Below are positions 1 through 7,198 of a stretch of 49,815 bases of DNA, one piece after another. The stretch's first letter is position 1; each line of letters opens with the position of its first letter. Below the pieces are notes generated by a model. It did no database searches. It was not told where the DNA came from and saw nothing but the letters and a program-made list of their open reading frames with translations. The position numbers were made by a program, and so were the translations under genes. Source of the stretch: an uncultured Candidatus Saccharibacteria bacterium. GTDB taxonomy: Bacteria; Patescibacteriota; Minisyncoccia; Phycocordibacterales; JAKFXT01. The stretch covers positions 1-49,815 of the forward strand of contig CAYUDP010000004.1 in NCBI GenBank assembly GCA_964443725.1, written 5' to 3'.

Positions 1-930
1 TGAGTTAATGGCTAGTGTGACATTGGTGTCATCGACTTTGGAGAAGGTTTGGGATGCGCCCGTCAATCCGTTTATTGAAGTTATTCCCCCAGCTCCACCA
101 CCAATATCATCAGAACAAATAACGTTTCCAGAAGCGTCTGCAGTAAGTTTCCCACCGTTTGCCGAGGCTGAGCAATTATACATTGCTAAACGGAAGCTAT
201 TGTACAAAGTTGCGCCACCAGTTATGGCAATCGTTGATGAGGCTAGTAAAGCTCCATCATTTGCAATAGAAAAAATATTTGAGCCCGTAGAATTCTGGAC
301 GTTTATCAAGTTCGAAGTCTGCCCAACAACTCCCCTTATCGTTAAAGCTGTAGAAGTTGATGATTGAGTCTCCACACTAACAGTCGAGTTCCCGATCGGG
401 GTAGTTGTCCCAAAAGAAGATTTGCCCGTACCAGAAACAGCTCCGGCCAATTCTGCAAAAGCAGTACTTGCAACTTTTTGCCTTGGGGATAGTGTTTCAA
501 AAGTGGAACCATCAGCAGAGGCTTCGACTTGCAAATAAATATCTCTGCTCGATGAAAAATCATAATCAAGTGCATCAGGAAATCCAGACGAAGTATCCCC
601 AATATTCACATTGAAAACACCATCTCTCACTACTGAAGAGACGGTTCCAGGTGCACCAGACGGCCACAATTTCGTACCGAGACCAACAGTAGAGTTGTTC
701 CAAATTGAAAACTTAAAGAAATAGTTTGTTCCAGTTCCACCAAGAAGATTGCCAGTAGAATCGGTCAAACGACCTTGGTAACTAATAACTTTTGGTGTCC
801 CGGATGCAGCAACCACAAGTCCTTGTGGAACTAGAGAAAGAAAAGAAAAAACAAATACAAAAAAGCTTTTGGCGAAAAGCTTAAAAATACTATCAAACCT
901 ACCCTGCTTTGACGGCAATTTTTCCGACAT
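1..930 (-). CDS. Secreted/cell-surface protein, first 310 codons only (3' end runs off the left window edge). Absent from the supplied ORF track.
   Basis: Hand translation of the reverse strand from ATG at 930-928 gives MSEKLPSKQGRFDSIFKLFAKSFFVFVFSFLSLVPQGLVVAASGTPKVISYQGRLTDSTGNLLGGTGTNYFFKFSIWNNSTVGLGTKLWPSGAPG...NCSASANGGKLTADASGNVICSDDIGGGAGG... It stays open with no stop down to position 1. A hydrophobic signal/anchor is followed by G/S/T/N-rich beta-type sequence. Plus-strand ORFs 8..367 and 405..614 are antisense shadows. Confidence 0.8.
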   Translation of the reverse strand, partial: MSEKLPSKQGRFDSIFKLFAKSFFVFVFSFLSLVPQGLVVAASGTPKVISYQGRLTDSTGNLLGGTGTNYFFKFSIWNNSTVGLGTKLWPSGAPGTVSSVVRDGVFNVNIGDTSSGFPDALDYDFSSSRDIYLQVEASADGSTFETLSPRQKVASTAFAELAGAVSGTGKSSFGTTTPIGNSTVSVETQSSTSTALTIRGVVGQTSNLINVQNSTGSNIFSIANDGALLASSTIAITGGATLYNSFRLAMYNCSASANGGKLTADASGNVICSDDIGGGAGGITSINGLTGASQTFSKVDDTNVTLAINS

Positions 931-1090
931 AATTCTAACTAATATTTTAGCAGAAAATCCTTGTTTTTTCTTTGTAAATTAAGGATTTCTGTGGATTACT
1001 CCTAGATTAAAAACATTCGTAATGTCAAACGCTTTTATGGGCTAAAACTGGGGATAACTTTTGTAATAAATAGCTCGAAAATTCAAAAAA

Positions 1091-1119
1091 TTGACCATAA
1101 AAATATTTTCTGCTAGGGT
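1091..1119 (+). promoter_or_regulatory. Candidate sigma70-type promoter for the small + strand ORF
   Basis: TTGACC (1091-1096), 17-nt spacer, TAGGGT (1114-1119), about 33 nt upstream of ATG 1152. Confidence 0.3.
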
Positions 1120-1151
1120 AGAAAAATCGATTTGCAAGGGAGTAAGTAAAA

Positions 1152-1316
1152 ATGAAATTATTGCTACGCCGCTCGATCGCCATATTGGCGGTAATCCTAG
1201 CCTGCTTTACGGCTGGGTATTCAATTGCAATAGTGGCCTCCAGTGATGGGCTACTCATCGATGGGCGATTGGCGTCCATTTTGAACGAAAGCTCTGCTTT
1301 CTTTGGAAACAGGTAG
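1152..1316 (+). CDS. Small (54 aa) signal-peptide/TM protein in GC-rich cassette 0. Below the ORF-track size cut-off.
   Basis: ATG 1152 is preceded by GGGAG (1138-1142, 9-nt spacing). Translation is MKLLLRRSIAILAVILACFTAGYSIAIVASSDGLLIDGRLASILNESSAFFGNR, with stop TAG at 1314-1316. A GC-rich hairpin plus T-run follows 25 nt downstream. Local G+C is clearly above the flanks. Confidence 0.5.
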   Translation: MKLLLRRSIAILAVILACFTAGYSIAIVASSDGLLIDGRLASILNESSAFFGNR

Positions 1317-1340
1317 ACATTCCACATGGGAGCAGAATTG

Positions 1341-1362
1341 GGGGCCACGAGGCCCCTTTTTT
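1341..1362 (+). terminator. Rho-independent terminator (+ strand)
   Basis: GGGGCC(1341-1346) ACGA GGCCCC(1351-1356) followed by TTTTTT(1357-1362). There is no T-run on the other strand, so it is oriented for a + strand transcript. Confidence 0.6.
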
Positions 1363-1386
1363 ATTCGAAAATAATCACTAAAAAAA

Positions 1387-3678
1387 CTATTTTGCCACTG
1401 AAACTGCCTCATCAAACTTCACTGACAACAATTTTGAATAGCCATCCGACCCCATAGTAACACCGTACAGGATTCCTGCTCGGCTCATAGTTTCTCGATT
1501 ATGAGTTATTAAAATAAGTTGAGAATACCTAGATAGATTTTCGATCATATCGCCATATTTCTTTGAATTAGCTTCATCTAATGCCGCATCTGTTTCATCT
1601 AGAATAACAAAAGGAGGTGGATTAACTTGAGAAATAGCAAAAAGCAGAGCAATCGAGGTAAGTGCACGCTCCCCACCTGACAGCATAGACAATCCTTTTA
1701 TCCTCTTGTGAGGCAGAGAAACTGATATATCAACACCCTCTTCAATATCCCCAGAATCTTCTGATTCATCCCCATCACTTTCCTCAAAGGACAGATCTGT
1801 ATCACTTTTTTTCTTGCGCTTAACTTCTTTTGAAATTGAAAGAAAGGCTTGCCCACCCCCAAACATCAACCCAAAGAATTTATTAAATTCGGTATTAATT
1901 TTCCCCACCCCATCACCAAATTGAGTGTTTAATTTCACTTCCAAATCAGAAATCAATTCTTTGAGGGTTGTTGCGGATTGTCCAAGATCAATAAGTTCTT
2001 TGGCCAAAAAATCATCCCTTTCTTTTGCATCAACATACTCTTTTTTAACATCATCCCCACCAGATCCACCTGTTTCTTCAAGTCTTATCTTTAATTTTTC
2101 CAATTTCTTCTTTCTCTCCTCTTGGAAGCCCCTATCTTCATTTGCAATCTCAAGTTCTTCAAGATGAGAACCGTCTGTATTTAATAAAACTAGATCGTTG
2201 AAATGTAGCGCTGGAACACCAACCAGGGCCTGCGCCTCCACAAGCTCAGATTTGAAATTATTTTCTGACTGTATAATCCTGTCTTCTTTATATTTTATTG
2301 AGGAAACTAGTGAAATAAGTTCGCTTCGTTTGTTCATCAGTGAAAAAAGCTTCCGTTCGGCTTCCCTGCCCTCCGTCTCTTCATTGGCCATTCTTTTTCT
2401 AACATCCTCATACTCCCTTTTAGCAATAACTTTCAACTCAGAAGCTTCCCTAAGATCGGATTCGAGTTTATTTTTCTTACTGAAAAGAGTATCGATTTCG
2501 GCTTTTATCTCTTCACTCAATCCACCATCACCCGAATTTTGTTTCCTTTCATGTATAAACTTATTTAAAGCTTCAACAAACCTAACAATAACAGACTTCA
2601 AAAATGGCACGTTTTCGTTATTGTTACTTACCTCAGCAATCTTTTGAAATTCCAAACCCAAATTCTCAATATCTCTTAGAGGAACCTGCGTCATAGTCCC
2701 TATCGATTCTGCGTTCTTTGCCCTTTCATATACTCTCTCTTGCGCTGAAATCTCACCCAAAATACGACTTATCGAATTTTGGGTTTGAGACTCATGCTCT
2801 TCGGCGTTATGAAGCTTTGACTCAACTTTTAGTATTTCATCACTATATCTATCTCTTACCGATGATTTTTCTATAATATTTCTTATCTCTTGTATTTCCT
2901 TATCTAAATTATCAAGTTCCAATATGGGCCCCTTTTTCTCCTCTAAAATATTTTTCTTGGCAAAATGAAGATAAATTTCCTCTCTTTTAAGATATTCCCT
3001 ATAAAAATTTGTGAGTTCCTCCCTTAACAGCTCCGCTTTCTTTACCTTTTCCATCTGTCTTTCAAGAAACCTTATATGGGGAGCAATCTCTTTCCTCAAA
3101 GACTCGACTTGATTCATGTTCTCTTCAGTCTTTTCAAGTTTTCTCAAACTCTCTTCCCGCTTGTATTGAAATATCTTTAATCCTAAGGCATCTTCAATCA
3201 TAGCTTTCCTTTCTCTAGTTGAAGCATTGAGAAGCCTGTCTGCCTCTCCTTGGGATATTATATGATGTCCAGAAGAGCCAATATTTGCTGAAGCCAACAA
3301 CTCTATGACATCCCTCAATCGAACTTGGGAACCATTTATAAAATATTCATTTGCTGAGTCACGAAAAACAACTCTCTCTATGATTATTTCATCAAAATCA
3401 AAGTTGAATATTCTCCTCACATTATCAAAAACCAACCTCACAGAGGCTCTATTTAATTTGGGCATTGATTTTGCACCATTGAAAATCATGTCCTCTCCCC
3501 TCTTCCCACGCATAGACTTCATGGACTGCTCTCCAAGTACAAAACGAAACGCTTCTGCTACGTTGGACTTGCCAGAACCATTCGGACCGACAATAGCTGT
3601 TATGGGAACTGAAAAATCCAAATCGGCCTTCTTGCCAAACGACTTAAAACCATTGATCTCGAGAGACTTCAAATACAT
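1387..3678 (-). CDS. smc: SMC-family chromosome condensation ATPase, compact form (763 aa from MYLKSLEINGF)
   Basis: N-terminal head with Walker A (MYLKSLEINGFKSFG...VGPNGSGKSNVAEAFRFVLGEQS). Long heptad-rich K/E middle. C-terminal signature plus Walker B (LSGGERALTSIALLFAISQVNPPPFVILDETDAALD). Start chosen at ATG 3678 because a TGGTATAAT box sits 7 nt upstream; the track start at 3705 adds 9 unlikely residues. Confidence 0.9.
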   Translation of the reverse strand: MYLKSLEINGFKSFGKKADLDFSVPITAIVGPNGSGKSNVAEAFRFVLGEQSMKSMRGKRGEDMIFNGAKSMPKLNRASVRLVFDNVRRIFNFDFDEIIIERVVFRDSANEYFINGSQVRLRDVIELLASANIGSSGHHIISQGEADRLLNASTRERKAMIEDALGLKIFQYKREESLRKLEKTEENMNQVESLRKEIAPHIRFLERQMEKVKKAELLREELTNFYREYLKREEIYLHFAKKNILEEKKGPILELDNLDKEIQEIRNIIEKSSVRDRYSDEILKVESKLHNAEEHESQTQNSISRILGEISAQERVYERAKNAESIGTMTQVPLRDIENLGLEFQKIAEVSNNNENVPFLKSVIVRFVEALNKFIHERKQNSGDGGLSEEIKAEIDTLFSKKNKLESDLREASELKVIAKREYEDVRKRMANEETEGREAERKLFSLMNKRSELISLVSSIKYKEDRIIQSENNFKSELVEAQALVGVPALHFNDLVLLNTDGSHLEELEIANEDRGFQEERKKKLEKLKIRLEETGGSGGDDVKKEYVDAKERDDFLAKELIDLGQSATTLKELISDLEVKLNTQFGDGVGKINTEFNKFFGLMFGGGQAFLSISKEVKRKKKSDTDLSFEESDGDESEDSGDIEEGVDISVSLPHKRIKGLSMLSGGERALTSIALLFAISQVNPPPFVILDETDAALDEANSKKYGDMIENLSRYSQLILITHNRETMSRAGILYGVTMGSDGYSKLLSVKFDEAVSVAK

Positions 3679-3699
3679 AAAAAATATTATACCAAGAAA

Positions 3700-3746
3700 G
3701 TCCACTTTTTGGCTTTTTTAATGGGTAAAAAAGCCAAAAAGTGGAC
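3700..3746. repeat. Perfect 21-bp inverted repeat with 5-nt loop, between smc and GC-rich cassette 1
   Basis: GTCCACTTTTTGGCTTTTTTA (3700-3720), ATGGG, TAAAAAAGCCAAAAAGTGGAC (3726-3746). It abuts the smc extended -10 box (3686-3694). Confidence 0.85.
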
Positions 3747-3823
3747 CCTATTCCATATTTTGTTTATTTAATATATAAATAAACAAGTTCAGAACACCAC
3801 AACTCACGAAAGGAGGCTGTGTC

Positions 3824-4207
3824 GTGACAAAATTCAAAATCGTGACCATAAAAGAGCTCAGGGGGGAAGCGACATTTTCTCTCATTGCTTTTTCGGATGG
3901 CACCCCCAAAGATGAGGAGAGTTTCAGAACGGTCTTAGATGAAATCTCTAAGCTTATCGACAAAAACGGAGGACTCAAGCGATGGGAGATAAGCATGTGC
4001 TCCCACACTCCCGCTCTAACACCTTCATCTGAAGATGAGCCGTTCAAGATTCTCTTCGAAAAATCCAAAACCGGAGGTGTCATCTACCTCGGGGAATGGG
4101 TACCAATCAACTTAAAGTGGGCCGGTCTTACGGAATTTTTCTGTGCCCACCGTCCGAGACCACAACCGCAAAGGAGAAGAAGATGTCCAAGTATTACTAC
4201 AGTCTGA
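3824..4207 (+). CDS. Hypothetical protein (127 aa), GC-rich cassette 1, gene a
   Basis: GTG 3824 is preceded by AGGAGG (3811-3816, 7-nt spacing). MTKFKIVTIKELRGEATFSLIAFSDGTPKDEESFRTVLDEISKLIDKNGGLKRWEISM... G+C is far above the flanks. The C-terminal approx. 25 aa (RPRPQPQRRRRC...) overlap the next gene and may be read-through of low meaning. Confidence 0.55.
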   Translation: MTKFKIVTIKELRGEATFSLIAFSDGTPKDEESFRTVLDEISKLIDKNGGLKRWEISMCSHTPALTPSSEDEPFKILFEKSKTGGVIYLGEWVPINLKWAGLTEFFCAHRPRPQPQRRRRCPSITTV

Positions 4208-4518
4208 TCACCGTCTCGGCCCCAGCTTCCGCTGTAAGTCCGATAACAATCGTCGTCGGGCCAAGTGAAGAAATGACGAAGCTCGGTGGATGCAGGAATA
4301 AGTTCGTCAGGCTCCTCGAAGACTTGAAAAGATCCGACTTGATGGTGTCCGAGCTCCTCGGCGTCCACTCGGTCCCCCCTCCCCCCGCCCCACAAGAGAT
4401 TCCGGCGGAAATCATGGGCAGACGCTCAGTCACGACCTTTCTCAAACCCGACACGGCTGAAGTATTGGCCAAGTTTGTGAACGACCGCTTACAAGTGGTT
4501 GAATGTGGCGTCGACTAG
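4183..4518 (+). CDS. Hypothetical protein (111 aa), GC-rich cassette 1, gene b
   Basis: ATG 4183 is preceded by AAGGAGAAG (GGAG 4173-4176, 6-nt spacing). MSKYYYSLITVSAPASAVSPITIVVGPSEEMTKLGGCRNKFVRLLEDLKRSDLMVSELLG...PPPPAPQEIPAE... Followed by a strong terminator. The track ORF begins at 4096, but no SD lies there. Confidence 0.55.
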   Translation: MSKYYYSLITVSAPASAVSPITIVVGPSEEMTKLGGCRNKFVRLLEDLKRSDLMVSELLGVHSVPPPPAPQEIPAEIMGRRSVTTFLKPDTAEVLAKFVNDRLQVVECGVD

Positions 4519-4538
4519 TACGGCCCCACACTCGAAAA

Positions 4539-4563
4539 CGCCCCCGTAAGGGGGCGCTTTTTA
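4539..4563. terminator. Bidirectional rho-independent terminator shared by cassette 1 (+) and rnc (-)
   Basis: AAAA-CGCCCCC(4539-4545)-GTAA-GGGGGCG(4550-4556)-CTTTTT. There is a U-run on both strands. The rnc stop codon is at 4561-4563. Confidence 0.8.
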
Positions 4564-5256
4564 TCTCCAACCTTTTTTTTCAAGAGCCCGCTGGGCCGCG
4601 TTTTGCTCTGCTTCTTGCTTACTCTTACCCTCACCTCCAGAAACCAATTCATCTCCTATATAAACCGCTACTTTAAACTTTTTATCATGATCTGGACCCA
4701 ACTCTTCAACTGTTTTATAAACAGGAGTAAGACCATTGTGTTCTTGAGCCTGTTCTTGAAAATGACTTTTAGCATCAAGCCATAACTTCTCTTTGACAAT
4801 ACTTTCAGTTAAATGAAAAACATTTTTTTCAATAAATTCTTTAGCCGAATCATAACCACGATCGAGATATATTGCCCCAACCACCGCCTCAAAAGCATTT
4901 GCCAAAATAGTATCTCTTGCTCGACCATTATCCTTGGCCTCACCCTTAGAAAGCAACATGAAATCATTCATACCGATATCCTTGGCAACGCCACTTAAAG
5001 TGACAGCATTTACTAGTGCAGCACGAAATGAGGTGAGATCACCCTCTGCTTTATCTGGATATTTTTCATACAAATACCTCGTAACAATAAGCTCAAGAAC
5101 TGCATCACCAAGAAACTCCAATCGCTCATTATGGGAGACCTTACTGCCTCTATGTTCGTTTAGATATGACCTATGAGTAAAAGCCTGCTTCAAAAGAGCT
5201 TTGTCTTCAAAAAATATCCCTATTTTTTCTTCAAAATTCTCGAATGCCGGAATCAT
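4561..5256 (-). CDS. rnc: Ribonuclease III
   Basis: Signature HNERLEFLGDAVLELIV, with a C-terminal dsRBD (KTVEELGPDHDKKFKVAVYIGDELVSGGEGKSKQEAEQNAAQRAL). Confidence 0.95.
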   Translation of the reverse strand: MIPAFENFEEKIGIFFEDKALLKQAFTHRSYLNEHRGSKVSHNERLEFLGDAVLELIVTRYLYEKYPDKAEGDLTSFRAALVNAVTLSGVAKDIGMNDFMLLSKGEAKDNGRARDTILANAFEAVVGAIYLDRGYDSAKEFIEKNVFHLTESIVKEKLWLDAKSHFQEQAQEHNGLTPVYKTVEELGPDHDKKFKVAVYIGDELVSGGEGKSKQEAEQNAAQRALEKKGWR

Positions 5257-5267
5257 TTTATTAAAAA

Positions 5268-6167
5268 TTACTTAGTTTTTTTCAATATTTCTATAGCCTT
5301 GATGACTATAGGCATAACGTCATCATAAAAATTCAGATCTCCGACTTCCTTCAGAGAAAACCAACTGCAATCATCTAGTCCACCAGTCTCTTTTAGCTTC
5401 ACTTGCTTATATGGTGACTCCGCCAAAAAATAAGAAACTTGTTTTCTTAATTTTCCTTTTTCTGGATCAGAAGCAATATACTCATTATCGCCAATTTGGT
5501 CTTTTACTTTGACACTTAATCCCATCTCTTCTTTGATTATCCTTACTACACCGTCTTCGAGCTTTTCCTTATCTTCAACATGACCCTTTGACAAAGTCCA
5601 ATGCCCAAAAATGTCATGCACCAAAGCAAATTTGATCTCACCATCAATATCCGAAAAGACAACTGCTCCAGCCAGTCTTTCAATTGGCATTTTTTCATAT
5701 GGGACTTCCTTTTTGATCTTCTTTTTAGATATTTCGTCTTTTCCTGGCTCACCCATTTCTTTATAAACAGCACCCAAAACACCATTTACAAACTTGCCAG
5801 AATTTTCTCCACCAAATGACTTAGCAAGCTCGATAGCTTCATTTATAGCAACTTTAGCCGGAACCTCCGATCTATCAGAAAAAAGAAGTTCGTACAAACC
5901 AATACGCAAAACATTCCTATCTACAACAGAAATTTTTTCAAGTGGCCAGTCTGGTGCCGCTTTTGTTATTATTTCATCAAGCTCAGATCTCTTGGCTATG
6001 ACTCCCCTATACAACTTATCCACAAAAGGCTCGTCTGCCAGATTTTCAGCAAATTCTTGCAAATCACGCTTAACAATCCCATCAAGAGACTCATTTGGGA
6101 GTGTTCTAAAATCCCACTCAAAAAGTGATTGAAGAACTACAGACCTTGAAAGGTGCCTATTTGCCAT
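5268..6167 (-). CDS. nusB: NusB antitermination factor fused to a C-terminal NUDIX hydrolase domain (299 aa)
   Basis: aa 1-140 are NusB-like (RSVVLQSLFEWDF...VDRNVLRIGLYELLF...PAKVAINEAIELAKSFGGENSGKFVNGVLG). aa 160-299 carry a Nudix box, GHVEDKEKLEDGVVRIIKEEMGL (GX5EX7R-UXEEXGU, with I replacing the E after R). Confidence 0.85.
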   Translation of the reverse strand: MANRHLSRSVVLQSLFEWDFRTLPNESLDGIVKRDLQEFAENLADEPFVDKLYRGVIAKRSELDEIITKAAPDWPLEKISVVDRNVLRIGLYELLFSDRSEVPAKVAINEAIELAKSFGGENSGKFVNGVLGAVYKEMGEPGKDEISKKKIKKEVPYEKMPIERLAGAVVFSDIDGEIKFALVHDIFGHWTLSKGHVEDKEKLEDGVVRIIKEEMGLSVKVKDQIGDNEYIASDPEKGKLRKQVSYFLAESPYKQVKLKETGGLDDCSWFSLKEVGDLNFYDDVMPIVIKAIEILKKTK

Positions 6168-6210
6168 TTTGTATTGTACTTGTAATGACTTAAGAAAGAA
6201 GAAAAAAATT

Positions 6211-6235
6211 CAGCAAAACACTTCTTACTTTGCTG
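6211..6235 (-). terminator. Terminator of rpmF
   Basis: On the minus strand CAGCAAA-11 nt-TTTGCTG followed by AATTTTTTTC. The hairpin includes the rpmF stop codon. Confidence 0.5.
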
Positions 6236-6458
6236 ACGCCTCTTCTCCTTTGCGACTCTTGCGAGCTGTTTTCTTCTCTATAGCTTTCACAACATCAACA
6301 ACTACACGACCGCGGTACTTTCCGCAGGAAGCGCAGGCTGTATGTGGACGACGAAGAGCCCCACAAGAGGTGCACTTTGTCATGCGTATAAGAGAAAGAG
6401 CATGGTGCGAACGTCGGTTCGCTGTATGTGCTCTTGTATGTCGCATTCTTACAGTCAT
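6225..6458 (-). CDS. rpmF: 50S ribosomal protein L32
   Basis: MTVRMRHTRAHTANRRSHHALSLIRMTKCTSCGALRRPHTACASCGKYRGR. This shows the L32 pattern of a basic N-terminus followed by CxxC...CxxC. Confidence 0.9.
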   Translation of the reverse strand: MTVRMRHTRAHTANRRSHHALSLIRMTKCTSCGALRRPHTACASCGKYRGRVVVDVVKAIEKKTARKSRKGEEASAK

Positions 6459-6521
6459 AGCGGGCAGTATAACACAAAAATATTTATACGCAACACAAAT
6501 ATAAGACCTTTTTGATCAATG

Positions 6522-6544
6522 AAAAAGGGCGCCGATTGGCGCCC
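6522..6544 (-). terminator. Terminator of Cys-rich small gene (cassette 2a)
   Basis: Minus strand GGGCGCC-AATC-GGCGCCC-TTTTT. It is preceded (6551-6592) by a second long hairpin, GTCCCACACAGG...CCTGTGTTTGGGAC. Confidence 0.75.
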
Positions 6545-6600
6545 CGTTCTGTCCCAAACACAGGCGAACAAAAACCTCCTGTGTGGGACAAGTTGGCCCC

Positions 6601-6801
6601 TTAGTGGGGCCTGGGCCTCATCTTGGCCGAAAACATCTCTTCCGAGAACACGAGATGCTCGCATCCGGCGTTGAAATTCCCCGATCCAATGAAGACCTTG
6701 AAGTGTTTGCACCCGCGCTGCTTCTCGCAGGCGAAACACAACGTCGTTTCACCGGCACCTCTGCTCGGTGCCGGTCCTTCCCGTTCTGCAACTACAGCCA
6801 T
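6601..6801 (-). CDS. Small Cys/His-containing protein (66 aa), GC-rich cassette 2a
   Basis: ATG 6801 with GGAG (6810-6813) 8 nt upstream. MAVVAEREGPAPSRGAGETTLCFACEKQRGCKHFKVFIGSGNFNAGCEHLVFSEEMFSAKMRPRPH (CxxC...C..H...C.H). Has its own TGGTATAAT promoter and its own terminator. Confidence 0.55.
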   Translation of the reverse strand: MAVVAEREGPAPSRGAGETTLCFACEKQRGCKHFKVFIGSGNFNAGCEHLVFSEEMFSAKMRPRPH

Positions 6802-6856
6802 CTTTTTTTCTCCGATGGTTTTGAGGGATTAAAGGAACTCCCACAGAACATACCCT

Positions 6857-6904
6857 CATTTGTTCAGGGGAAATTCCATTATACCACATTTTTTCAGGGG
6901 AAAC
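6857..6904 (-). promoter_or_regulatory. Extended -10 promoter bracketed by an 18-bp direct repeat (candidate operator)
   Basis: Plus-strand copies CATTTGTTCAGGGGAAAT (6857-6874) and CATTTTTTCAGGGGAAAC (6887-6904) are exactly 30 bp apart and 16/18 identical. Between them the minus strand reads TGGTATAAT (6878-6886). Confidence 0.55.
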
Positions 6905-6944
6905 AACACTCTATAATACAACTGTGTATAAAACCCAACCAATG

Positions 6945-6967
6945 AAAAAGGAGCGGTTTCCCGCCCC
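6945..6967 (-). terminator. Terminator of Gly-rich small gene (cassette 2b)
   Basis: Minus strand GGGGCGG-GAAA-CCGCTCC-TTTTT. It shares flanking strings (GCCAATCGG upstream, CCTTTTTCATTG downstream) with the terminator at 6522-6544. Confidence 0.7.
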
Positions 6968-6994
6968 CGATTGGCCCAAGCTGTAACTGTAGGT

Positions 6995-7198
6995 TTACTT
7001 ACCCCCGCTCCAGATGGGCATTGCACATCCGCCGGAGTTCACAAACGTCGTGTCTCCAGTCTGTACCTGCTTTTTTTCCCCAGTACCCCCCACTCCACCA
7101 CAGTCACTCCCCGAGACAGGTCGCAAAACCGCCGGGGGGACTTTGGGTTGAGGAAGGTCACTCCCTTTGCCTCCCAGAAGCTGACATTTTTTAGCCAT
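6995..7198 (-). CDS. Small Gly/Pro-rich, 3-Cys protein (67 aa), GC-rich cassette 2b
   Basis: ATG 7198 with GGGAG (7204-7208) 5 nt upstream. MAKKCQLLGGKGSDLPQPKVPPAVLRPVSGSDCGGVGGTGEKKQVQTGDTTFVNSGGCAMPIWSGGK. Has its own terminator. Confidence 0.5.
   Translation of the reverse strand: MAKKCQLLGGKGSDLPQPKVPPAVLRPVSGSDCGGVGGTGEKKQVQTGDTTFVNSGGCAMPIWSGGK

Noticed and set aside
1025-1348. 107-aa minus-strand ORF from the track
   Set aside because: It has no SD, starts inside the GGGGCC/GGCCCC hairpin and has a featureless sequence. The opposite strand offers an SD-led signal-peptide ORF followed by a correctly oriented terminator, so I treat this ORF as an antisense shadow. Confidence in that call is moderate.
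1925-3721. Plus-strand ORFs inside smc (1925..2167, 2198..2647, 3305..3721), and similar antisense ORFs inside dnaE, pheT, gyrB, tkt, gatB and others
   Set aside because: They lie entirely antisense to well-supported conserved genes, give Ser/Phe/Leu-rich low-complexity translations and have no start signals. They are shadow ORFs.
6518-6975. Shared terminator-flanking strings as possible CRISPR repeats or integron attC sites
   Set aside because: There are only two copies, about 420 bp apart, each forming an ordinary hairpin plus T-run directly after an ORF. There is no regular repeat-spacer periodicity, no cas or intI gene, and the other cassettes are scattered rather than arrayed.
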